Source: Blastocystis sp. Blastoise
Lineage: Eukaryota > Protista > Bigyra: Opalinata
Direction of reading: 5' to 3'
Length of the DNA: 64,000 bases
Assembly: GCA_039096225.1 (NCBI GenBank)
Contig: JBBPEB010000002.1
Location: 62,001 to 126,000 of the forward strand
Shown here: positions 50,301-64,000 of the stretch, piece after piece
How the letters are laid out: each line of letters opens with the position of its first letter
Position numbering within the stretch: position 1 is the first letter of the stretch
Made by a program: the position numbers and the translations under genes
Notes under the pieces: model-generated
The model's input: only the letters and a program-made list of their open reading frames with translations
What the model was told of the DNA's origin: nothing
Database searches by the model: none

Positions 50301-52932
50301 TATATCTATATATTACTATATATTACTATATATCATCTATATATGATCTATTCTTTCTATGTATTATCTATATACCTTCGATTCATCCTATATACATCAT
50401 ATGCATAATATCTATTATTATATATATATTATCTATATGTCATATATATATTACCTATAACCATTTATATATCATTTACATATCATATATATATCATCTA
50501 TTCATTCTATATACATTATATACATAATATCTATATATTATATATATGTTATCTATATATTTTTTATATATAATCTATATATCATTTATATATCATATAT
50601 TCATTCTATATATTATCTATATATTATCTATATATCATTTATATATCATATATTCCTTCTATGTATTATCTATTCCTTCTATATATTATCTTTATACCAT
50701 CTATTCCTTCTATATATATCACATATATAGTATCTATATATATCATCTTTATATCATCTATATATTATCTATATATTATCTATATATTATCTATATATCA
50801 TATATATACCAATTATATATTATCTATATATCATGTATTCATTCTATTTACAATCTATTCCTTCTATATATCATCTATGTATCATCTATTCCTTCTATAT
50901 ATATTATCTATTACTTGTATCTATTATCTATATATCATTTATAATATTATATTATTATATATATTATATATATATATATCATTTATGTATTATCTATATA
51001 CTATATATATATCATCTATTCCTTCTATCCATTATCTATATATCATCTATATATTATTATATATATTATATATATATCATATATGTATATCTATATACTA
51101 TATATATCATCTATTCTTTCTATCTATTATTTATATATTTCATCTATTCCTTATATTAATTATCGATATTTCAATATATCCATATACATCTATATACCAT
51201 CTATATATTATCTATATATTATTTATTCATTTTATAGATAATATATTTCTTCATTATATTATCTATTCCTATATATTATGTATATATTACTATATATCAT
51301 ATATATACCATCCATATGTTATCTATATACTATATATATTACCTATATACCGTCTATTCCTTCATTTATCTATTCATTCCATATATAATCTGTTCCTTCT
51401 ATATTGAATCCATATAATATCTATATATCATCTATTTCTTCCATAAGTAATCTATATATCATTTATATATTATCTATATATTTATAATCTTTTCCTTCTA
51501 TTTATCATCTATATAATCTATATAATCTATATAATCTATAATAATATCTATTTCATCTATATATACTATCTATTCCTTCTATGTATTATCATCTATATTA
51601 TCTATATTATCTATAATATCTATATCATCTATATCATCTATATCATCTATATTATCTATATTATCTAGATTATCTATATATACTATATTATCTATATTAT
51701 CTATATATACTACATATTCCTTCTATATATCACTATATATACTACATATTCCTTCTATATATTATCTATATATTCCTTCTATATATTATCTATATATACT
51801 ATATATCATATATATTCCTTCTATATATTATCTATATAATCTATATATACTACATATTCCTTCTATATATCACTATATATACTATATATTCCTTCTATAT
51901 ATCATCTATATATACTATATATTCCTTCTATATATACTATATATTCCTTCTATATATTATCTATATATTCCTTCTATATATACTATATATTCCTTCTATA
52001 TATTCATTCTATATATACTATATATACTATATATTCATTCTATATATCATATATATATACTATATATATACTATATATTCCTCTATATAGTATCTATAAA
52101 TACTATCTATTCTTTCTATATATATTTTTATATCATCTATATAGTATCTATATCATCTATATATTATATTATATTATCTATATAATCTTATATCATTTAT
52201 ATATACTATATATTCATTATCTATATTATCTATATATCGTCTGTAGCACCTATATATACTATATATTATCACTATATACCATCTATATTATCTATATTAT
52301 CTATATTATCTATATTATCTATATTATCTATATTATCTATATTATCTATATTATCTATATTATCTATATTATCTATATTATCTATATTATCTATATTATC
52401 TATATTATCTATATTATCTATATTATCTATATTATCTATATTATCTATATTATCTATATTATCTATATTATCTATATTATCTATATTATCTATATTATCT
52501 ATATTATCCATATTATCTATATTATCCATATTATCTATATTATCTATATTATCTATATTATCTATATTATCTATATATACTACATATTCCTTCTATATAT
52601 CACTATATATACTATCTATATATCATCTATATTATCTATATCATTTATATCATTTATATCATTTATGATATATATATATATAAATATAATAAACATATTA
52701 TATATACTATTAGCTAATACTATATAGTGTCATTGATAACGAGATATTGTCACAAACGCCATGTTCTAAGATTCTGAAGCCTCTTTATGCTCTACAGTCA
52801 AAAGGTAAGCCTGCCACTATTAGAAGAAAGAGAAAGGCAGAAGAGGCTATGAATAAGAAGTATAAAAAGGTTGCTCATGTGAAACGTGCCATACCACTTG
52901 AAGACCAGGTTAAAATGACTCGTTTTGATTAA
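47324..52932 (+). pseudogene. MuDR-type transposase relic, copy 2
   Basis: Mirror of 33835..39560. Confidence 0.7.
52282..52572. repeat. (TATATTATC)n 9-bp tandem repeat
   Basis: Mirror of 34196-34494, one unit shorter. Confidence 0.95.
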
Positions 52933-53251
52933 TCATTTATCAATATTATTTTCCATATTATCTCTAATACTATAAACAAATATATTTATATAATTTAACT
53001 AATTATCAAAGTATTATTCATATATATCTTATTTAAATCTATTTTTATAATACTCATATATAATATATATATATATATATAAACACTTTTTATTTAATCA
53101 ATAATTATATTCAAAATAATATAAACATACTTCCATATATATATATATATACATAACCCATTGTTCTATTCTTGTTAAGTTCATCATTCTTAAATCTGTC
53201 TTTCTATATATCAATAAACAATAACGTTCAATACTATATAACAATAAACGA

Positions 53252-53310
<59 letters not shown>

Positions 53311-56307
53311 AAAGAATAAATCCTTATTAAATATTTCTTTACAAAATAAGATTATATATATAAGCTTGAACGATACAGAAAACCATCAATATCTTATCTC
53401 AAATGTTTTCTATCATAATCTAATATGATACCATCCATAATTAGTCTTTTTTAGTATGAGTTAAGAACTATATATAGTAAGTATATTAAATATAAAATAT
53501 TTAACAAATAATAATAATATATATATACTATAAATAAGACACCAGTGAACAATAAACGTTTTATCTCATACTATAGACAAAATACAATATAATATATAAA
53601 AAATAACAACTTAAAAAACAAATTACAATCAGATTATAGATAAAAACAAAGCAAAAGAATTATATATACTTTGAACACAACGTAATAGAAGTTCTAAGAC
53701 TCTTAACAAATAGAATCTAGTATTTGGAAACATTTGAGTTACAATGAATTAACCAAATGTGTAACTATTTCATAAACATGGACTAGACGAGTTTGAAAAG
53801 TAATTATTCATTGATCAAATCCATTGGAGAGTAGTTTTAAGTGAGTAGTTGTCAACATGTAAATGATTTGTTAAGAATGTTGAATACTGAATATGTTAAT
53901 GGTTTGTTTTGTCCTATAGTAGATGTACAGTAGACTATATAGCAATAATAAAGAGAATAAAATATACAAGAGAAGCCAAATTGTGTTTTGGAAAGCCAAT
54001 ATCAACAAATTAAGAAGGACAGTATGACCTAAAAGGTATTATCTATTCTAAATAAACATAGTAGAATATTTAATTAATTTTTATTATAATATTAACATAA
54101 TAGTTTAATTACTATAGTATATTTTATTTAATTCTTAAATTTCAAAAAAAATAAGCCAAAAATTAAAATATTTTCACTTCATATTTTGTATTTGATTTAA
54201 TAGTCGTCCCAAAGTGCTTTAAAAGCCTTAATATATTATTGATTGAATGTGTCTACTCATTTATAGTATATTTTATTTGTTTATTGTATTTAATTGTCTT
54301 TAGTTACAAACATTCTCACGAATTTACTTAAAAAGTTGAGATTTATGGAAAAGTAGTATATTGAGGGTTATGGACATCTCCAGTTAATGTCAAACGATAG
54401 AGATAGAATAGAAATAAATACATTGCCAAAAATCATAATGCTGTTGAAGTGGCTTATGATTGATGAATTCTGAAAGGGTATGTTGTTAGGTATATAAATA
54501 TAGTTGAATATTTTATTCTATTATAGTTTTACAAAATTCATTCATGAATGGTTAGGATTGTTCTTGAAATCTGTGTACTTGAGTGAGAGAGTTATCAAAA
54601 TGAAATAACTCTATTATACTATTTTTTCAAAATAAATAATTATTATCCATAAAAAGTAAATTGCCCTTGTAAGTCATTATTTATTTACTTTTATTCTATA
54701 TTTATTCTATTTTTTATTTAGCAGTGTCTCCATCATTGATAAAATCTATCAAAGGTATATTTCATAACAAATCTCCGTTGATGTTGTAAAATAATTTATT
54801 TATATAGAGCTTTCAATGATTCTTGCAAACTTAAGATGGGCTCATTTGAAAGAATCAGTGCTTTCCAGATCTTAATATCATTGACGAAAACAGATTCCAG
54901 ATTAACTTTGGTCTTTAAAGGTATTTTGTTATTTATTTCTAATCATCACTATATTTATATTATATAGAAGAGAAAAAATTGTTAATATATATGGAGTAAA
55001 AGACTTTCTTAGTCAATTGGCTAATTACAAACTATTATTGGGTCAAGTGGTGTTATAGAGGTTAGAATTAGTAAACAAATGGATTCTATTAACAAGTATA
55101 TATATATTATATGTTAAATGATTAATTTTAAGTATTTTGTTCTTTAACTATTATTTTATTTAAATATTATATTTTATTTTATTTTTTCTATAGTATTCTT
55201 CATATGTTAGTTATTTATCATTCTTCTATCTTTTAATAAGAATGAATTGCAATATATTAAGTATATATATTCTTCTTTAGTCATATTTTACTTTCTATTT
55301 AGGTTTTAGAATGTTTTTCTATTATTTTATTGTATATATATTATTTTATATATAAATATGTTTTTATCTTTTATTTTTTTAGAAACACAATACTTCTTAC
55401 ATTAATTATATACTCTCTTATTACTTGGAAGATAATAGATTAGATAATTAGAAATTTAATTCATTTCATAGTTATTCTAGATATATTGAAGTATATATTT
55501 ATATTTATTTTTTTTATATAGCTATATTTAAATATATCATTTATAGATAAATCAAAGTATAAATATATAGCTGTACTAAAGTATATATATATAGATTGAG
55601 TCAAATTCAAAACTATTAGGTGTAGAGAAAGTGATATTCAAGTATATATATATATATTTATATATATATACGTATATAGCTATGAAAATGTTTATTTATA
55701 TTAATGTATATAGTATATTAATATATATATATAGTTATATTATACAGTAAAGTATACATATCTAGATAAATATATATGCATATAGTTATATTAAAGTGCA
55801 TATAAGAATAGTTCTGTTAAAGTATATAAATATAAATTAATATTAATGTATATATATAGATATAATAAATTATATATGTAGTAAAGGATATTTATATATA
55901 GATATATTAAAATATATATGGATAAGGTTATATTAAACTATATGTATAAATAGATACTGTAAAATGATATATAGGTTTACTTATATAAAAGTATATATAT
56001 TTATATTAATGTATATATATATATTAGAATACATATAGTAATTATTCTAGAATATATATACATAGATGATGATAAAATATTAATGTATTAAATTAGATTA
56101 TTGTTATCCTTATATTAAAGTATATATATTTATTTATATTAACGTGTATTATATAGTTATATTAATGTATATATAAATAGATATAATAAAGTGTATATTG
56201 ATATATATATTAGTTTATATATATAGCTATATTAAAGTATATATGATATGAGATAGTGAAATGTATATAAATATAAATATAATAAAGTATATATATATAA
56301 AATAGTA

Positions 56308-56353
<46 letters not shown>

Positions 56354-59300
56354 TACAAAAAGAATTGTTATATATAAAGTATCTATAAAGATAGATCTAA
56401 TAAAGTAAATATTAGATATAGATATACTAAAATGAATATATATAGATATAATGAAGTCTAGGTATAGATATATTAAAGTATATATTTATAGTATATGATA
56501 CATTATATATATAGATATACTAATATATATATAGATATATACGAATATTAATGTTTATAGATATATTTATATTTAAGTTTATAGATATTTATATCTATAT
56601 TAAAGCATATATATAGGTTTTATTATACAAGTATTGATATTTCTATCCTGTTTGTTGGTTAAGAATACTTATAATCTATTTATATAAAAACATTTATGAT
56701 TAGTCAGGTATTATATAAAGTAATAATTATTCTATAGATATTTTAGATTACTTTTCTATATATAATAAATTATCTATTATTTTATGATTCATATCTATCT
56801 ATATATATTTAGAAAAGCTCTCCGAAGAAACAGTACTAGCTGAAGTGGTATTTATTTGGTATCTATTATTCTATTCAAAGAATCATTATAAAACATAATA
56901 TATTTGGTACACATTAGTTTTATATAACTTTTGTATATAAATGTAAATATAAATATATTTATATATATGTATATAGTTGTTTCTTTATAGTACAAATGAC
57001 CTCCTTTCTTCTATTTATATTATCACCAGTGTTAATAGTTATGTATATAAATTTTTTTAATAAGTTCTTTGAATTATTTATAATGTTATCGATTCTATTT
57101 TAATTTTATATTTCTTATTTATATATCATGTATTATACATATAGTTCAAATTGAATGTAATCTCTTAGTTATTAGGTATTATGAAAGATCTTCAATTTTT
57201 TTTATTACCTATAGATGTATATATATGACTACTATTCCTATACCTATAGTTTTTCTTATCTTTTTATATGTAGATATTATAGATTTTCATATTTCATCTA
57301 TTAATATATATACAAATATTATATATACTTCTTTAACGTTTCTTATATATACAGAATAAGTAGAACTATCTTAAGGTACTCAATAAAATATGTGTAGTTC
57401 CTAGTCACTCCTTCTGTTCCTATTTATATTGAGAAGCTTATATTTATGTATACTATTCTATTCTATTCTGTTGTTTATGTTCTATATTATTATTTGTATA
57501 GTTCAATATATATTTATTTTTCTTTTTATAATTATTTTTCATATAATTATATATATATATATATTACATATCATTATATAGGTATAGAATACGTTAACTA
57601 TATTCTTAAAGATAGGTTTATATTTAAAAATGGGTTATTCAAGTATAAATATATATATAAACATATATTCTATATATAACATAATAGATATGTACAGTAT
57701 TTATTCTTCTAATATTTGTTAAATATATATATATAAGTATATATATGGTACTTTATCTTTATTAAGTATATACTATTATATATATAGTATTAATGAAATA
57801 AACTTAGATGATTATATATATTATGCATTAGTGTTGTTTCCTACTACTATTTAAGGTCTTCTTTTAACTCTCTCTATTGTATATATGAATTATTGATGTC
57901 ATTATTCTTCCATATTAGTTTATATAAGCTTGTTACTTTAAGAATTCCATTATATAATTATATTATTTATTTAATTATTATATAGATCCTAAACAATATA
58001 CTTATATAGTTACTGGAGATGATAAGCAGATATGTAATGATTCTATTTAACATGAATCTGTTGTATATAATCACTATATTATATAAATTATTAACTTTTT
58101 ATCTATTAAACTGTTATTATTTATGTTTTTAATATCTTATCTATATATAGATATAATCAAATATATCTTTCTAGTATTCATCCACTCTACTCAGATATTT
58201 ATATAATTATTTCACTATTAGATTAATTATAATGGCTTCCTTCCTGATTCAAATAGTAACTCAATTCTTATTCTAAATAATAACAAAAAGTATCATTTGA
58301 AGGTATATAAATATTAACTTTATTTATTAATATATTTGAATAATATAAATATAATTTAATTTAATATATAGTATATAATATATAGTAGCAGTATCATGGA
58401 TTATATTGAAAGTATATATGTTATACATACTAAAATATATATATATATTATATCTATACTGATATTGATATAAAAAATATGGATAGTAATATCATTATAT
58501 AGTATATCAAGGATCAACATGGAATATATGCTATGTCTGGTTTAGATAACATGAGTGTTTATTTAGTATATGTCTACATAGTTGTTAACTATAGAATACA
58601 TAAATAATATACATATAGTATATAAGAATTATTACCTTAATATATTATATATTTTTTATATTATATATTATTGATTATTTATAACTTTTATTTTAATTTC
58701 ATATATTAATATATATCTAATTTTATCTTTTTATAGAATGAATAATATATAAATATCAGATCTGAGTATTATATAGTTTATCCTTCGTTGATAAGATATC
58801 TAATATACTTATACTTCTTTTAACCTTTCTGGATTATTATATATGTACAAGTTGATTAGAAAAGAGAATCAATTCATGCACTCTATAATATACTACTTTA
58901 TTCATCTATCTACACAATATATATTATAACAGAAAGGTATACTATATATATTTCTCTTTTTCATGTTTTATAGGTTATCAATTATTCATTATTATCATGA
59001 TACATCAGTCTACTACTTAGGTATATACAACATAGAATATATATAATAGTATATATATACTATATATACTATTTTATATTCTTTTTCTATTTTACTATAA
59101 CTTTTATATTTAATATATACATTGTATATTCTACTTTATATATTATATATAGTTTATGAAATATATTTATATATGTTACTTTGATATTTTTATATAGGCA
59201 AAATTATACTACTTAAAGAAATCTATATAATATGTTTTGTACTTCAATTATATCTATAATGCTTTTGGTTTATCTATTTATGTATGTATTTATATTATAT

Positions 59301-61091
59301 ATAATGTCATGAGTATTAATTGTATACATATAATAATTTAATTACATATATTCTATTATGTTATGTCTATAGTATTGATTTATTTATATTTTAATTTGAT
59401 TTCAAATACTATGAACATTTATTATATACTTGATATATATAATAGTAATTATTTGTTATTTAGATGATAGCTATTATTAACGTATATACTTATATATATT
59501 ATATATATATATATAATATATATATATTATATATACATAATTATATACAATATAAATAATGTATATTATTATTATCTACTTGATATATATATAGAGTCTC
59601 CTTATACTTCTTTCTTCATTACTCATATTATTATTCTGAGTATTTTACAACTTTGTGGTTCATATATATCCATTATATATTGTTATAGAAGTGATTTCTC
59701 TTATATATATATATACTATTAATATTGATTCTATGTATATTATTTAAAGTATATATTGTACTTTATACTTAGATATATTTTTTAACAACAATTGTTACTC
59801 AATATCATTCTATATTGAAACGTAATATATTATTAATATGCTATTATTCATATTTTATATTTATTCATTTTAATTTCTATAAAGTTAGTTATTATAAGTT
59901 AGTTATTATTATTATTATTAGAAACTTTTTATTCTTTAGTTTTAAAAATCTTCTTTCTTATATATTCCTAGTTTCTTCTGTGTTTATTTCTATAACTGAA
60001 AACTTTATATATATATTTTTCTATTAGTATACTCTATTAAGTATCGTTATATTATTGTTGTATATTATATTATTTACACATATTAATTCGAAACAAAACA
60101 ACATATATATTCATATTTTTAAAGACCTAATCTATTAAACGTATATAGTAATATCATAATGGAGTTCTAATAGTATAATAACAATCAAATAGCATAGAAT
60201 CCAGTAGTATGCTGACCAGATCAATTCTAATAAACTATTACCAATATGACTATTCTATAATCCTAAATAACCACAATTACACATACTAGCATAATTAGCA
60301 AGATAAAGCAGATACAGCCCATAACACCACCTAATCCATTCCATTTATTAATAATATATATATATAATTCTTTAATAGATCCACTATCATCGAAAGTGTC
60401 ATTCTAATTGATTATGAAAACCTTATTAGTCAGCTAACCATAAACACCCATAATGATGCCCATTCTTTTATGAATATAACTATTCTCATTTCCTATCCTA
60501 TATAATGATAGAGTATATCATTTCGAAGTGACTGTAATAAGGAAGAGACCTATAGAAACATTTTATAGTTAATGATCATAATTACATAATTCAGTATATA
60601 CCTATCTTATTATCACCACTACAATAAAAGCATAATCCAAAGCCATCAGACCACGTCATAACTCCATAGAATAACATATCATAACCATCTTACCATGTTA
60701 ATGCCGTCTTATACCATTCTTATCACTTTTCCTATATATACTATACTATATATACATATTAAAGTTATTTATATAGCATATATACATCAATACATCTATA
60801 CCCTTCAAGAGTCAATAAAAAATAAACATAGAGTTTTCCCCAGTATTATTTTTAAACATTTTTAAAGTCCCCACTCGTAGAATGAGCCGAAGACCACTGT
60901 CCTGAGTCAAGTTTTACAATTTAGAGCGTCCTGAGTCAATTATCTCTTAATCTACATTTGTTTTCCCATGAAAATATTGAATAAATAAGTGAAAATTTGA
61001 AGCGCAAAAAAAAACTTGTTTCCGCTTTACCTCACTTGGTGTGATGGCCCCTGATTAACACTTCATACTATTGCTTACTTGTTTATTAAAC

Positions 61092-62372
61092 ATGTCTCTC
61101 TTTTTCGCTGACGTTACTAACCCTGATTCACGTGCTGATTACTTGCTTTCCGTTCCTCCTATTATTCCTCAACCAATAGAATCTGCTGATTTTGAACTTG
61201 CTCCATCTGTTCCAATGATTTTTGAAGCTCTTCCTCCTATTCAAACTGCTAATAACCCTGTTGCTACAATTCCTACTGTTCCTATTGCTCCTAAACGTAT
61301 TTATGTTAAAGTCACTCAAATTCAACGTGATGCGTTAAGAAGATACTATTCTGAACATGGTGAAACATGGTCTGTTCTTACTTATTCGACTAAAACTGGT
61401 ATTAAACCGAAACAAACATCTGCTTTCATTAAGATACTTCGTGATGGTGGTTCTATTGATTTATCAAGTGTGAAGAAAGGAAGAAAGAAGTTAATTACTG
61501 TTAATGGTTCTATAAGATTAACTGAGATGATTAGAGAAAACAATAAGATAACACTTACTGAAATGTCTACGAAATTAGCTACTCCTGAACCAATAAATGA
61601 AGAAGAAGATAATCAAGGAGAAGAAGAAGAAGAAGATAATGGTGTTATTGATGCTTCTATTTCTACTATTTCTAGACATCTTCGTTTTGGTATGGAAAAA
61701 GATGGTCAACCTGCTTTTACTATTAAACTTGCTTCTCATAGAGAACCTGCTAGTAATACTGCTGCTAATAAAGAAAAGAGAATAGAAGTTATTCAAAAAT
61801 TGAACTTATTAGAATCTCGTGGTCATATGATAGTGTATGTTGATGAAAGTCATTGGGAAGTTGGTTTAGTTCATCGTCATTTGCGTTCTCCAAGAGGTGA
61901 AAAAGCATTTGATAATTGTAACTCTCGTGCTTTAAGTATAACTGCTCTTACTTCTATTTCTACTTTAGGTGTTGGCTATACTGAGTTAATTCATGGATCC
62001 GTTAATGCTGAAATCTTTCAATCCTATTTAAGTGGATTGTTGAACTCCCTCAATGGTACTGGTAGTCACGTGATTTATTTGGATAATGCATCCATTCATC
62101 ACGATCCTGGTGTTGCTGCTAAGGTTAGTGAAGCTGGTCATCAACTAGTTTTTGGAGCTCCTTATAGTCCTGAACTTAATCCAATAGAAAAAGTCTTTGG
62201 ATTCTGGAAAACTCGTGCTGAAAATGATTTGAAGATCTTTACAAATCTTGAAGATTTGGTTAATAAGATTGGAAATCATTTTCGTTCGATTAATCCAATG
62301 GAAGTTCGTGCAACTATCCAAGGAACTATCCGAAACGTTTGGCCTAAGGTTATGAACAGAGATGATATATAA
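61092..62372 (+). CDS. Tc1/IS630-family DD34E transposase
   Basis: VYVDESHW, YLDNASIH and APYSPELNPIE with 34 residues between the second D and E; N-terminal HTH-like region; intronless; ATG at 61092; 3' motif at 62432. Confidence 0.92.
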   Translation: MSLFFADVTNPDSRADYLLSVPPIIPQPIESADFELAPSVPMIFEALPPIQTANNPVATIPTVPIAPKRIYVKVTQIQRDALRRYYSEHGETWSVLTYSTKTGIKPKQTSAFIKILRDGGSIDLSSVKKGRKKLITVNGSIRLTEMIRENNKITLTEMSTKLATPEPINEEEDNQGEEEEEDNGVIDASISTISRHLRFGMEKDGQPAFTIKLASHREPASNTAANKEKRIEVIQKLNLLESRGHMIVYVDESHWEVGLVHRHLRSPRGEKAFDNCNSRALSITALTSISTLGVGYTELIHGSVNAEIFQSYLSGLLNSLNGTGSHVIYLDNASIHHDPGVAAKVSEAGHQLVFGAPYSPELNPIEKVFGFWKTRAENDLKIFTNLEDLVNKIGNHFRSINPMEVRATIQGTIRNVWPKVMNRDDI

Positions 62373-62550
62373 ACAGTTATTTATATATACTTTATATATA
62401 TTATATATAAATTTGTTCAGTTTTTAAAATTTTGTTTTGTTTATTGTAACATAAAAAACACAAATAATGTTCTTTTAGAACACGAATCTTATTAAAAACG
62501 TCATTTAAAAGTAAAATAAAAAAATAAAAAAAAATATTCCCAAAGTCATA

Positions 62551-62638
62551 TAAGGTCAACCAAAATTGCCCTAAAAGCCGACTATAAAAAATCAAAGAAA
62601 AATTGAATCGGCTTTTAGGGCAATTTTGGTTGACCTTA
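62551..62638. mobile_element. 88-bp MITE with perfect 31-bp TIRs, flanked by TA
   Basis: TA|TAAGGTCAACCAAAATTGCCCTAAAAGCCGA ... TCGGCTTTTAGGGCAATTTTGGTTGACCTTA|TA. Confidence 0.8.
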
Positions 62639-63501
62639 TAGTAGTCTCCCAATAAAAATTTTTATTAATATATATATATGTAAATCCATTGTTATTTGCA
62701 AAATTATCCATTGTTTTTTGAAAAAAATCCATTGTTTTTTGCAAATAGTCAAAGCCAAAGTATTTTGCAATAGTATATTTCAGGTAGTTTCTTGAAAATT
62801 GTGTAATTTTCAGTGTTTTATATTTTGGTTGTATTTCCCGTAGGGAAATCAATCAAAATTAAGACACTGAAATATTACACATTCTTTAAGAACTTCTGAA
62901 AGATGTTTTTTCAATTGGTTTTATATTGTTTTATTCATTTTTATATATTATATATATACAACTATAAATATATCCTAATTATATGTAATAATTGAAATTA
63001 TTAATTATATTAATTAATGATATAAATATTGCATTAATTATTGAAACATTTGTTTTAAATCTTTTATTAAAATTCATTTTTAACCATACTCTGGAAAAAT
63101 AACTCATTCTAGACTGTCTCTACACGTTTCGTTTTAAACTATAAATACTAATACAATTTACTAGTCATATCAGGTGAATGTTAGAAATATTTTATGAGTA
63201 TTCATCTATTCAATACTTGAGTTTGACCATTTTTGATATAATAACGATTTGTTCTAATTTATATTGAATATATATATATTTTTGTAATATATATATAATA
63301 TATATTAGTATTTCTATATTTATCATAATATTTCATTAAATAACTACACATTTTTTTAATGATATTATTAGTAACTGTCTTTAATAACTGTACTGTTGTG
63401 TATAAATATAATAATAAAACAAAACAAATTAAATAACTAAACATAAATAATAATATACTTTAAAAGACCGCCATTTTTTATTTATCCATCATAATCATCA
63501 A

Positions 63502-63978
63502 ATGGCTGAAATGAAACCTTTAGTTAGTGTTATACCACTTAAAAGTGGTCATCGATATGAGATATGGTACAATGAGTTCCAGAATTACCGATCATTACAT
63601 GATCCTAAACATGAATTAGATATAGATAAGGTATTAGAATCATATATACAGTATCTTATAGATCTACCAATGAGGGCCAATACCATTACGTCCAAGCTTA
63701 CTGGCCTATATAAGATGATTACATTCAAGGAAAACCACTACGTTAACAAGGTAACTGCTGAAAGAATAAAAGGATCACTTAGGAACCATGTCAAGAATCT
63801 TCCACCACCAAAGAAGAGTGCTGTCCTGTCAGATGATAACTGCCGCCAATTCTTGAATGCTCCTTATGATGAAGACCTATCTCTCCTTCAACTCAAGGTG
63901 TGCCTAATCATTACCATTTACAGTGGTTTGAGACATATAGAAATATATAGGTTAAAAAAGAAGAACATAACAGAATGA
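63502..63978 (+). pseudogene. Truncated Crypton-like tyrosine recombinase (N-terminal part)
   Basis: Core-binding-like ANTITSKLTGL followed by box I LIITIYSGLRHIEI; stops before HxxR and the catalytic Tyr. Confidence 0.6.
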
Positions 63979-64000
63979 TTATATTATATATATATACCTT

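Larger units (their letters stand above)
46970..60946 (+). mobile_element. Non-autonomous MULE, copy 2, inverted relative to copy 1
   Basis: Same 51-bp TIRs at 46970-47020 and 60896-60946; ORF track mirrors copy 1. Confidence 0.85.

Overview
AT-rich, intron-rich eukaryotic DNA made up mostly of mobile elements. (1) 1-~24,100 is an intronless endogenous Polinton-like DNA virus (PLV) bounded by near-identical inverted repeats of at least 392 bp. It encodes an A32-type packaging ATPase, two paralogous major capsid proteins, two penton-like proteins, GxG-rich core proteins, an adenain-like protease interrupted by one in-frame stop, an AEP-PriCT2-SF3 primase-helicase, an SSB-like protein and two tyrosine recombinases; no pPolB or RVE integrase is visible. 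The most striking signal is seven phased arrays of alternating nGAAn/nTTCn pentamers, the canonical heat-shock element. They sit in front of six non-structural genes, including primase-helicase, SSB and recombinase, and in front of no structural gene. This suggests a stress/HSF-inducible provirus. Viral and host genes share a 3' TGTTTTGTT motif resembling the Blastocystis polyadenylation motif. (2) 24,480-25,321 holds a GC-rich hairpin and a Helitron-type 3' end. (3) Two inverted copies of a ~14 kb non-autonomous Mutator-like element (25,822-39,762 and 46,970-60,946) flank a ~16-exon DDX46/Prp5 gene. A 10-bp target duplication is split between the copies, indicating an inversion. (4) The window ends with an intact DD34E Tc1/IS630 transposase ORF, a small MITE and a truncated Crypton-like tyrosine recombinase. 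All calls are from manual motif reading; no database searches were run.
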